Origin: Pseudomonadota bacterium
GTDB taxonomy: Bacteria > Pseudomonadota > Gammaproteobacteria > Pseudomonadales > UBA5862
Reading direction: 5' to 3'
NCBI GenBank assembly: GCA_034189125.1
Contig: JAXHVB010000018.1
Coordinates: 775-64,774 of the forward strand
DNA: 64,000 nucleotides
Below are positions 56,383-64,000 of the stretch, piece after piece (position 1 is the stretch's first letter; the number at the start of each line of letters is the position of its first letter). The notes beneath the pieces are model-generated. The model was not told the DNA's origin and did not search any database. It saw only the letters and a list, made by a program, of their open reading frames with translations. The translations under genes were made by a program, and so were the position numbers.

Positions 56383-58215
56383 ATGCGAGAGATGTCCCCT
56401 AGGGTGCCGAGTGGGTTGTTTGTCCGGTGTTTGTCCGCCGATGCGCAGGTGCAAGCGGCGCCAGTTGCTGGCTTTGGCAGCGGTTGGGAACACCAGCAGG
56501 TGGGGCCCTTGGCCCTGTGGTCGAAGGCTGGGCTTGGTGACCGCGTCGAGTACCATCAGGATCCAGAAACCGGAATGCTGGCGCTGGTCTTTGGCCGTTG
56601 GGAAGTTCCTGGGCGGTCAGCCTCCCTGCAGCGTTGGTTCGCGGCCCATCAACAGGAGCCGAAAGCCGCTTTCAGGGCGCTCAGCGGCCGGTTCATTGCG
56701 CTCTTACATGATCCGCGCAGTGCCAGGGTGTGGGTGGCAACGGACCGCTTTGCAACCGTACCGCTGAGCCATCGCACCACGCCCGAGGGGTTGGAGCTCG
56801 CGACCGACCCTGGGCTGTTCCCGAGTTCGGGTTCGGTGCCCTTGGCTCTTTGTCCGCAGGCATTGTACGAGTACCTGTACTTTCACATGGTGCCGGCCCC
56901 AAGGTCGATCTACGCTGGGGTGTCCAAGCTCGGCCCTGCCCAGCAACTCCGTTGGGAGCAAGGGGCGCAGGAGGCCCAGGTGGAGGGTTATTGGATGCCG
57001 CGCTTTGAGGATCAGCCCCATGGGCGTGACCGATCCAATATGGAAGCGGCGCTCAGGTCGCACCTGGCGGAAGCTGTGCGCGCCAGCGCCTCCACTTGCA
57101 GCGCCGCTTTTTTGAGTGGTGGGCTTGACAGTTCCACCACCACTGGGCTGCTCGCCCAGGCGCGTGATGGCGACGTGGATGCCTTCTCGGTTGGCTTCGA
57201 GGCCGAAGGCTACGACGAGATGCCCTACGCGCGCATCGCTGCGCAGCACTTTGGCGTGCGCCACCACGAACTCTATCTTTCACCTGCCGACGTCGTCCGC
57301 CTGGTTCCTGAGGTGGCGGCATGCTACGGCGAGCCGTTTGGCAACTCTTCCGCGGTGCCTACGTTGTTCTGCGCGCAACAGGCCGCAGCGGCGGGCCACG
57401 GCGAGTTGATGGCTGGAGACGGAGGCGACGAGTTGTTCGCCGGCAATGAACGCTATGCCACTCAGGCCCTGTTCGAGCACTACGCTCGCTTGCCTCGCGG
57501 TGTCCGTGCCCTGGTCGACACCACGGACCGGTGCCTGAGTCCGGTTGCGAGCCATTGGCCGGTAAGCAAGCTGCGCCGGTATGTCGAACAGGCCCGGGTT
57601 CCTTTGCCGGACCGGCTGCAGGGCTACAACAATTTTCATATGCAGAGTGCTGCAGCCATTCTGCATCCGGACCTGCTCGGTCAGGTCGACCTGGATGCCC
57701 CGCTGAAATTGCTGCGGTCGGTGTATGCAGGTGCGGCTGCACAGACCAGCCTGCAGCGCATGCTGTGGCTGGATTGGAAGCAAACCCTGGCCGACAACGA
57801 CCTGCGCAAAGTCACCCAAATGACCCAGGCTGCCGGCGTGCGTGTCTGCTATCCGATGTTGGCTGAACCGGTGGTGGAGTTGGCCACCGAGATCCCGCCG
57901 CAATGGCTGTTGCCAAAGCGGCGGTTGCGGGACTTCTACAAGCGCGTCTACGCTGATTTTTTACCCCCAGCGATCCTGACCAAACCCAAGCACGGGTTCG
58001 GTTTGCCCTTTGGGGTTTGGCTCCAGACCGACCCGGGCCTTGGTGTCCTCGCCGGGGATGCTCTGGAGGGGCTGAAGGCCCGCAACATCGTGCACCCCGA
58101 CCACCTTGACCGTTTGCTGAAGCAACACGCCGCGGACCATGCAGCGTATTACGGGGAGCAGATTTGGGTGCTGATGATGTTGGAGCTGTGGCTGCAGGCC
58201 CATGGACACAGATAA
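56383..58215 (+). CDS. asparagine synthetase B-family protein lacking the N-terminal Cys nucleophile
   Basis: PP-loop 'AFLSGGLDSSTTTG' and an AsnB C-terminal domain are present. The N-terminus is 'MREMSPRV...' (or MSPRV from ATG 56392), with no 'MCG'. Confidence 0.8.
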   Translation: MREMSPRVPSGLFVRCLSADAQVQAAPVAGFGSGWEHQQVGPLALWSKAGLGDRVEYHQDPETGMLALVFGRWEVPGRSASLQRWFAAHQQEPKAAFRALSGRFIALLHDPRSARVWVATDRFATVPLSHRTTPEGLELATDPGLFPSSGSVPLALCPQALYEYLYFHMVPAPRSIYAGVSKLGPAQQLRWEQGAQEAQVEGYWMPRFEDQPHGRDRSNMEAALRSHLAEAVRASASTCSAAFLSGGLDSSTTTGLLAQARDGDVDAFSVGFEAEGYDEMPYARIAAQHFGVRHHELYLSPADVVRLVPEVAACYGEPFGNSSAVPTLFCAQQAAAAGHGELMAGDGGDELFAGNERYATQALFEHYARLPRGVRALVDTTDRCLSPVASHWPVSKLRRYVEQARVPLPDRLQGYNNFHMQSAAAILHPDLLGQVDLDAPLKLLRSVYAGAAAQTSLQRMLWLDWKQTLADNDLRKVTQMTQAAGVRVCYPMLAEPVVELATEIPPQWLLPKRRLRDFYKRVYADFLPPAILTKPKHGFGLPFGVWLQTDPGLGVLAGDALEGLKARNIVHPDHLDRLLKQHAADHAAYYGEQIWVLMMLELWLQAHGHR

Positions 58216-58228
58216 GCAGGAGGCATCA

Positions 58229-59023
58229 ATGATCCAGTTGGCAGGTCCGAAGCGTCGCATCTCCATGTGGCTGGGCGCGCTCACAATTTGGATCGTCGCT
58301 TTGCTTCCGGTGTTCGCTGGCGCGTCGGAACTGGCCGACACAGTCGCCCGCGTCAAGGGGTCGGTGGTTGGCATCGGCACCCACCAGCCGACTGGGCGGC
58401 CACCGTCCCGATTGCTGGGAACCGGCTTTGTGGTTGGCAATGGCTTGCAGGTCATCACCAACGCGCATGTGCTGCCTGCCTCGCTGGACACTGAGCGGTT
58501 TGAAACGCTGGTTGTGTTCATTGGGTCCGGGGAGTCGCCGACGGCTCGCCCCGTGGAGATCAGGACGGTGGACCGCGACCACGATGTCGCGCTGCTTGGT
58601 ATCAAGGGGCAGGCGTTGCCGGCGCTGCAGCTCGGCGACTCGGAGCGGGTCAGAGAGGGTGAGCTTTATGCCTTTACCGGCTTTCCGATCGGTGCCGTGC
58701 TGGGGCTGTACCCGGCCACGCACCAGGGCCTGATCGCGAGCATTACGCCGGTGGCCATCCCTCAAGTTTCCCTGCGTGGGCTCGACGTGAACATGCTGCG
58801 CCGACTCCAGGACCCATACGAAGTGTTCCAGCTCGATGCCACTGCCTACCCGGGCAGTTCGGGCAGCCCTCTGTACCATCCAAAGACCGGTCGGGTGGTG
58901 GGCGTGATCAACAAGGTGTTCGTGCAGGGGACCAAGGAGTCCGCACTCGAGCGGCCAAGTGGCATCACCTACGCGATCCCCGTGCGACACGTGCGCCAGC
59001 TGCTTGAGGTGGACAGCCCCTAG
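58229..59023 (+). CDS. trypsin-like (S1 family) serine protease, secreted or membrane-anchored
   Basis: Catalytic triad contexts 'VITNAHVL', 'HDVALLGI' and 'AYPGSSGSPLY'. An N-terminal hydrophobic segment 'MWLGALTIWIVALLPVFAGA' is present. There is no PDZ domain. Confidence 0.8.
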   Translation: MIQLAGPKRRISMWLGALTIWIVALLPVFAGASELADTVARVKGSVVGIGTHQPTGRPPSRLLGTGFVVGNGLQVITNAHVLPASLDTERFETLVVFIGSGESPTARPVEIRTVDRDHDVALLGIKGQALPALQLGDSERVREGELYAFTGFPIGAVLGLYPATHQGLIASITPVAIPQVSLRGLDVNMLRRLQDPYEVFQLDATAYPGSSGSPLYHPKTGRVVGVINKVFVQGTKESALERPSGITYAIPVRHVRQLLEVDSP

Positions 59024-59118
59024 TCAACCGGCTCGGAATTGAATGGCTGTCGCATGGTGAGCTCGCGGCAGGGGGCAGACCGGGTCCGGAGTGCGCGCTT
59101 GTCAGATCAGGTAGCTTG

Positions 59119-60126
59119 TCAGACCTGGTAATAGTCCCGGTACCAGTCCACGAAGCGCGCGATCCCGGTTTCGATGGGGGTGGCCGGGCGGTAGCCGGTG
59201 TCGTTCATCAGGTCGTCCACATTCGCATAGGTGTCGGGCACGTCGCCGGGTTGCATCGGCAGCAGTTCTTTGCTGGCGCGTCGACCGAGGCAGTCTTCCA
59301 ACACTTCGATGTAGCGCAGCAGCTCGACCGGCCGGTTGCTGCCGATGTTATACAGCCGATAGGGCGCCAGGCTTGTTCCGGGGTCGGGGCTGTCTCCGGA
59401 CCATGCGGTATTGGGTGTGGCGACCTGGTCGAGGGTGCGAACCACGCCTTCGACGATGTCATCGACATAGGTGAAGTCGCGGCGGTGGTGGCCATGGTTG
59501 AACACCTGAATGGGCTCGCCGGCAAGAATCTTTTTGGTGAAGATGAACAGCGCCATGTCGGGCCGTCCCCAGGGCCCGTACACGGTGAAGAAGCGCAGTC
59601 CAGTGGTGGGGAGCTGGTACAGGTGGCTGTAGGTGTGGGCCATCAGCTCATTGGCTTTCTTGGTCGCCGCGTACAGGCTGACCGGGTGGTCGACGTTGTC
59701 GTGGATGGAGAACGGCATGTCTGTGTTCGCGCCGTACACCGAGCTGCTTGAAGCGTACACAAGGTGTTCCACGTCCGAGTGTCGGGCACCTTCGAGGACG
59801 TTGAGAAATCCCACCAGGTTTGCATCAGCGTAGGTGTGCGGATGCGTGATCGAGTAGCGGACCCCAGCCTGGGCCGCGAGGTGAACGATGCGCTGCGGTT
59901 GGCAGCGCGCGATCGTTTCCTGCATCGCCTGACGGTCGGCGATGTCGATTTCCGTGAGCTCGAAGCCTGTGCGGCCGGACAAGCGCGCGACCCTGGCCCG
60001 TTTCAGGTCCGGGCTGTAGTAGTCGTTCAGGTTGTCGATGCCGAGCACCTGGTCGCCGCGGTCCAACAGGCGCTGGGTGAGCGCCGCTCCGATGAACCCG
60101 GCAGCCCCGGTTACGAGAATGCGCAT
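59119..60126 (-). CDS. NAD-dependent UDP-glucuronate (uronate) 4-epimerase
   Basis: 'MRILVTGAAGFIGAAL', 'GIDNLNDYY', 'YASSSSVYG' and 'YAATKKANE'. 335 aa, CapI/LpsL-like. Confidence 0.85.
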   Translation of the reverse strand: MRILVTGAAGFIGAALTQRLLDRGDQVLGIDNLNDYYSPDLKRARVARLSGRTGFELTEIDIADRQAMQETIARCQPQRIVHLAAQAGVRYSITHPHTYADANLVGFLNVLEGARHSDVEHLVYASSSSVYGANTDMPFSIHDNVDHPVSLYAATKKANELMAHTYSHLYQLPTTGLRFFTVYGPWGRPDMALFIFTKKILAGEPIQVFNHGHHRRDFTYVDDIVEGVVRTLDQVATPNTAWSGDSPDPGTSLAPYRLYNIGSNRPVELLRYIEVLEDCLGRRASKELLPMQPGDVPDTYANVDDLMNDTGYRPATPIETGIARFVDWYRDYYQV

Positions 60127-60177
60127 GAAAGAAATGCTCCCTCAGTGGATGGCAGGTTGGCTCACAAGCCGGTGGGG

Positions 60178-61455
60178 TCAGAGCCGTGCATCCACCGCCT
60201 CCTTGGGCAAGAGTGACTTGACGTCGAACACCACGTGGCTGGGTTTGCCGAGCGCGTGAATGCCGTTGGCGCCGAGGTCCACGAACTGGCGGTGCGCCAC
60301 GGCGATGATGATGGCGTCGTAGGTTTGCTCCGGACGCTCGGTGTGGACGCGGATCCCGTATTCATGTTCGGCCTGGTCGGGATCGATCCATGGGTCGTAC
60401 ACATCGACCTGCACGTTGTATCCCTGTAGAGCTTCAATGATGTCGATCACGCGCGTGTTGCGAATGTCAGGGCAATTCTCCTTAAAGGCCAAACCCAGCA
60501 CCAGGACTTTGGAGTCGACCACCTGGATTCGCTTGCGGGTCATCAGCTTCACGACCCGCTCGGTCACATAGATGCCCATGTTGTCGTTGATGCGCCGACC
60601 CGCCAGGATGACCTCGGGGTGGTAGCCGAGTTCTTGGGCCTTGTGGGTCAGGTAGTACGGATCGACACTGATGCAATGACCGCCAACCAGGCCGGGCTTG
60701 AAGGGCAAAAAGTTCCATTTGGTGCCGGCCGCAGCCAGAACGTCCTCGGTGTCGATCTCCAACCGGGCAAAAATCGTAGCCAACTCGTTGATCAGGGCAA
60801 TGTTCAGATCGCGCTGGGTGTTCTCGATCACCTTGGCGGCTTCGGCGACTTTGATGCTCGCAGCCCGGTGGGTCCCCGCAGTGATGATGCGTGCGTACAG
60901 CCGATCGACAAAGTCAGCGGCCTCCGGTGTGGACCCTGAGGTGACTTTCATGATTCCTGGAAGCCGGTGCTGCTTATCGCCGGGATTGATGCGTTCGGGG
61001 CTATAGCCGACGAAAAAGTCCCGGTTGAAGGTGAGCCCGGAGCCTTGCTCCAGGAGAGGGACGCAGACCTCTTCGGTGGCTCCCGGGTACACAGTGGACT
61101 CGAACACCACCACATTGCCGGGTTTGAGTACCTGCGCGATGGTGGAGGCCGCAGCACGCAACGGTCCCAGGTCGGGCTGGCGGTGCCGGTCGATGGGCGT
61201 TGGGACTGTGACGACATACACTGAGCACAGTGACAAGTCTTGCTGGTCGGCTGAGAACCGCAGTCCGGAGTTCAACTGCAGTTCACTGCTGTCGACTTCC
61301 AGCGTTCGGTCTTCGCCGCGCCTCAGCTCCTCAACCCGCGAGCGGTCGATGTCGAAACCGAGGGTCGGGAACTGCTTGCCGAATTCAACAGCGAGTGGCA
61401 GGCCAACGTACCCGAGGCCGATCACGCCGATCGAACAGCCGTCCAGGTCGAGCAT
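60178..61455 (-). CDS. nucleotide-sugar 6-dehydrogenase (TviB/WbpO-like, UDP-HexNAc dehydrogenase)
   Basis: The internal ATG at 61455 gives '[19 protein letters not shown]'. The catalytic Cys lies in '[12 protein letters not shown]'. '[18 protein letters not shown]' is typical of the TviB clade. Confidence 0.85.
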   Translation of the reverse strand: MLDLDGCSIGVIGLGYVGLPLAVEFGKQFPTLGFDIDRSRVEELRRGEDRTLEVDSSELQLNSGLRFSADQQDLSLCSVYVVTVPTPIDRHRQPDLGPLRAAASTIAQVLKPGNVVVFESTVYPGATEEVCVPLLEQGSGLTFNRDFFVGYSPERINPGDKQHRLPGIMKVTSGSTPEAADFVDRLYARIITAGTHRAASIKVAEAAKVIENTQRDLNIALINELATIFARLEIDTEDVLAAAGTKWNFLPFKPGLVGGHCISVDPYYLTHKAQELGYHPEVILAGRRINDNMGIYVTERVVKLMTRKRIQVVDSKVLVLGLAFKENCPDIRNTRVIDIIEALQGYNVQVDVYDPWIDPDQAEHEYGIRVHTERPEQTYDAIIIAVAHRQFVDLGANGIHALGKPSHVVFDVKSLLPKEAVDARL

Positions 61456-61604
61456 GGGGGAGGTTCCTTGTAACTGTTGCGTCAATGATGCGGAGGCAGA
61501 CTGGGTCTGTCTCGGGTGTCCACGCCGAATTGATGGACTCACCACTATAATAGAAGGCATTCCTTGCCCTGACCATTCTGAGCCCTGCAGGAGAGACCGG
61601 TTCC

Positions 61605-63005
61605 GTGAGCAGCATTCGCATCGCCAAACACTACATTCATGCGCCCTACCTGTTGCTCGGCGTTGTTGAGGCATTGGTGTTCGTTGGCGCGGTGTTCGTG
61701 GGGTCTTTCCTGCGCTTTGGGGAACCGGTTGTGGTCGACGAAGACCTTGCCCCACTGCCATTGCGTGCACTCTTCTTTTCGTTTGTGCTCCTGGTGTCGA
61801 TGCTTGCGATGGGGGTCTACCAGGTCCGGTATCGGGAAGGGTACGCAGGCATGCTGCTGCGCACGGCCACCAGCTTCATGCTCAGTGGCGTGGCGCTGTC
61901 TTTGCTGTTTTATGTGGTGCCGCCGTTGTTTCTGGGGCGCGGGATTCTTGCATTTTCGATCCTGATCGCGCTGGCGGCCATTGCGCTGATCCGCCTGGTC
62001 TTCTTCCGCAACCTTTCTGACGACCTGCTCAAGACCCGGGTGCTGGTGCTGGGTGCGGGGCAGCGTGCGGTGAACATTCTGGAGCGCTTACGCCGTCGCG
62101 CGGATCGCAAGGGCTTTTCTCTGCAAGGTTTCGTCCCGGTCGAACGGGAGGCCGTTCGGGTACCGGAAAAGACCTTGCTTCAACCCGAGGGCAGCCTGCT
62201 GGATTATGCGCTCTCCGAAGAGGTGGACGAAATCGTATGGGCCGTTGACGACCGGCGCAGCTCCGGCGAAATGGACGACCTGTTTGAATGCAAGATGGCC
62301 GGCATCGCGGTGATCGATGTGGCCACGTTTTTCGAGCGCGAAGTCGGGCGCATGGAGCTGGACCTGATCCATCCAAGTGCGCTGATTTTCTCCGATGGGT
62401 TCAATCGAAGTCCGCTGCGTTCGTTTTCAAAGCGTGCGTTCGACCTCTGCGCCGCCTCCATGCTGTTGCTGCTGAGTCTGCCCGTGCTGGTGCTTACTCG
62501 GATTTGCATTGGCCTTGAGGAAGGCTTCCGCGCCCCGGTGATATATCGGCAAACCCGTGTAGGGTTGGATGACAAGCCGTTCACCGTGTCCAAGTTTCGC
62601 AGCATGCGCGTCGATGCCGAGCGTGAGGGCGCGCAGTTTGCCCAGCAGGGAGACAGCCGGGTGACCCGCGTCGGTCAGGTGATTCGCAAGTACCGCATTG
62701 ATGAGTTGCCCCAGTTGTTGAATATTTTGAAGGGTGATATGAGTTTCGTCGGGCCCCGTCCCGAGCGACCCGAATTTGTCCAGGGATTCGAAGCGCGCAT
62801 CCCCTTCTACAATGCCCGCCACCGCGTCAAGCCGGGCCTGACCGGCTGGGCCCAGATCAACTACCCCTACGGTGACTCTGAAGAGGACGCACGCCTCAAG
62901 CTGCAGTACGACCTGTACTACGTGAAGAACCACAGCTTGATGCTCGACCTTTTGATCCTCATTCGGACGGTCGAAACGATCCTCTTTCAGCAAGGCTCGC
63001 GCTGA
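61605..63005 (+). CDS. epsB: PEP-CTERM-system-associated priming sugar transferase (EpsB-type polyprenyl glycosylphosphotransferase)
   Basis: GTG start. The N-terminus '[23 protein letters not shown]' is typical of EpsB as I recall it. The C-terminal bacterial sugar transferase domain has 'KRAFDL', '[10 protein letters not shown]' and '[10 protein letters not shown]'. Confidence 0.85.
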   Translation: MSSIRIAKHYIHAPYLLLGVVEALVFVGAVFVGSFLRFGEPVVVDEDLAPLPLRALFFSFVLLVSMLAMGVYQVRYREGYAGMLLRTATSFMLSGVALSLLFYVVPPLFLGRGILAFSILIALAAIALIRLVFFRNLSDDLLKTRVLVLGAGQRAVNILERLRRRADRKGFSLQGFVPVEREAVRVPEKTLLQPEGSLLDYALSEEVDEIVWAVDDRRSSGEMDDLFECKMAGIAVIDVATFFEREVGRMELDLIHPSALIFSDGFNRSPLRSFSKRAFDLCAASMLLLLSLPVLVLTRICIGLEEGFRAPVIYRQTRVGLDDKPFTVSKFRSMRVDAEREGAQFAQQGDSRVTRVGQVIRKYRIDELPQLLNILKGDMSFVGPRPERPEFVQGFEARIPFYNARHRVKPGLTGWAQINYPYGDSEEDARLKLQYDLYYVKNHSLMLDLLILIRTVETILFQQGSR

Positions 63006-63018
63006 CCGGTCTTGGCTT

Positions 63019-64000
63019 TCAGTCTGGCCGCAGGGCCTTGTACATCAGGTGGGGCGCGAGCAGGTGGAGCGGCATCCGCAGCCAGTGTCCACGCACATAG
63101 AGAAACCGTCGCGCCGAGCGGGTGCCGGATCGGTCCGCAAGCGGATGAACAGGAGCGAGTGCGCGGGTGTAGCAAAACTCCATCCAGGCATCGGCGACTG
63201 AATGTGGCGCAAACTGCCGCACAGCGGCGAGTGCGCTGTCGGGCATGGCGGTATCAAAGACCCGTCTGACGTTGGCCACTGCATAGTAGAGGGCGCGGCC
63301 GACCCCCCAGTCTTCAGCTCGACCCAGAAGCGCCTGCCACAACTGCTCGTCTTTCGCCTTGTCCGACAGCAGGCGGTGCAGGTCGTACAGATCCCGCAAT
63401 CCATTGTGCAGCTCACCTTCGTAGAACAGGTGGATGATGCTGTGCAGGATGAGGTCGGACCGGCAGGGGATCCACAATTCGGGCAGTTCCGCTGCACGCT
63501 CGGCGCGTTGCCACAGCCCTTCGGCATCGGGGCTGGCCTTGCAGGTGCGCGGCAGCAGCCGGTGGTGTACATCCAGTTGGCTGTGGCGCTTCACATGGGT
63601 CAGTGGTGGCAGTTCATGCATCCAGCGGCGGTAGTATCGCTGGTCGTAGGCGTTCACCTGAGTGGACATCCAGCCGGCAATCGCCAGGCGCTTCTCTGTG
63701 GTATCCAGGTGTTGTTCCGGCACCAGAATGTCGATGTCGCTGAGCAGCCGGCCGGCGGCGACAGGGTGCCCCTGCGCCGCGTAGGCTGCGCCCTTGAGCG
63801 CCATCACCGGAACGCCCATCGGTTCCAAGGCCCCGAGCACCTGCTCCAGCTCCCATCGGATCGAGCGTGCCTGGCGCTCGAGCAGCGCACTCGCGCCGGT
63901 GAGGTGGCGCTGGACCCTGGGCGGCGCCGCAATGCCATGTTGCTGCACCAACAACGCCAGCACGCATTGCAGGTTGGCGGCAATGGCTTGGCGCAAGACC
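63019..64000 (-). CDS. uncharacterised nucleotidyltransferase-family protein (5' end outside window)
   Basis: The ORF runs off the right edge of the window. 'LKGAAYAAQGHPVAAGRLLSDIDILVPEQHL' matches the NTP_transf_5-type motif as I recall it. Confidence 0.65.
   Translation of the reverse strand, partial: VLRQAIAANLQCVLALLVQQHGIAAPPRVQRHLTGASALLERQARSIRWELEQVLGALEPMGVPVMALKGAAYAAQGHPVAAGRLLSDIDILVPEQHLDTTEKRLAIAGWMSTQVNAYDQRYYRRWMHELPPLTHVKRHSQLDVHHRLLPRTCKASPDAEGLWQRAERAAELPELWIPCRSDLILHSIIHLFYEGELHNGLRDLYDLHRLLSDKAKDEQLWQALLGRAEDWGVGRALYYAVANVRRVFDTAMPDSALAAVRQFAPHSVADAWMEFCYTRALAPVHPLADRSGTRSARRFLYVRGHWLRMPLHLLAPHLMYKALRPD

Noticed and set aside
54743-59023. Lasso-peptide or other RiPP cluster (a Cys-less AsnB homologue resembles lasso cyclases)
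   Set aside because: There is no transglutaminase-like B protease, no PqqD-like RRE and no short precursor ORF nearby. The adjacent protease is trypsin-fold, not a lasso isopeptidase type. The context is entirely polysaccharide biosynthesis.
1-64000. CRISPR arrays, IS elements, integrases, prophage genes, tRNA or rRNA genes
   Set aside because: No ORF shows transposase, integrase or phage motifs. No intergenic gap is long enough (the largest are about 250 bp) to hold an array or RNA gene. No tandem repeat structure was seen by eye. A computational repeat scan was not possible.

Overview
This is a GC-rich proteobacterial chromosomal segment. The mix of gene families most resembles Betaproteobacteria, but that is an untested inference. 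All functional calls come from reading motifs in the supplied ORF translations; no BLAST or HMM search was possible.

Almost the whole 64 kb is one exopolysaccharide (EPS) locus built around exosortase A (XrtA fused to EpsI). I call 54 CDS. I see no rRNA, tRNA, CRISPR array, transposase, integrase or clear pseudogene.

Layout:
(i) 0.2-6.7 kb: a membrane protein, a VAO-type FAD oxidase, an MMPL/RND-superfamily exporter, and two divergently transcribed paralogues of the PEP-CTERM/exosortase-associated acyltransferase family (N-acyl amino acid synthase-like).
(ii) 6.9-33.9 kb, plus strand: about 24 tightly packed genes, often overlapping by 4 bp. They are a Wza-like export lipoprotein, a chain-length determinant, a BY-kinase, an outer-membrane barrel, an AAA ATPase, WecB, a deacetylase, a FemAB-like protein, a glycosyltransferase (GT), XrtA-EpsI, rmlACDB, a GT, AsnB, two GTs, an O-antigen-ligase-like polymerase, a sulfotransferase, an orphan protein, a GT2, a GT4 and a small secreted TPR-like protein.
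(iii) 33.9-56.1 kb, minus strand: about 18 genes that form a second, ABC-transporter (Wzm/Wzt)-dependent glycan pathway. It includes many GTs, an FkbM methyltransferase, a WbsX-like protein, a second sulfotransferase, a second deacetylase and a 1058-aa GT2 / transmembrane (TM) / sulfatase-like fusion. It also carries a cassette of a PaaK/CapK-like adenylating enzyme, a terpenoid-cyclase-like repeat protein and a formyltransferase.
(iv) 56.4-64 kb: an AsnB paralogue lacking the Cys nucleophile, an S1 serine protease, a UDP-uronate 4-epimerase with a TviB-like dehydrogenase, the EpsB-type priming transferase, and a 5'-truncated nucleotidyltransferase-family gene.

The candidates I consider most worth follow-up are:
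- the acyltransferase pair coupled to an MMPL exporter;
- the sulfation module with the three-domain fusion protein;
- the uncharacterised adenylase / toroid-repeat / formyltransferase / Cys-less AsnB / protease cluster.

No PEP-CTERM cargo gene and no PrsK/PrsR/PrsT regulator is visible in the window.
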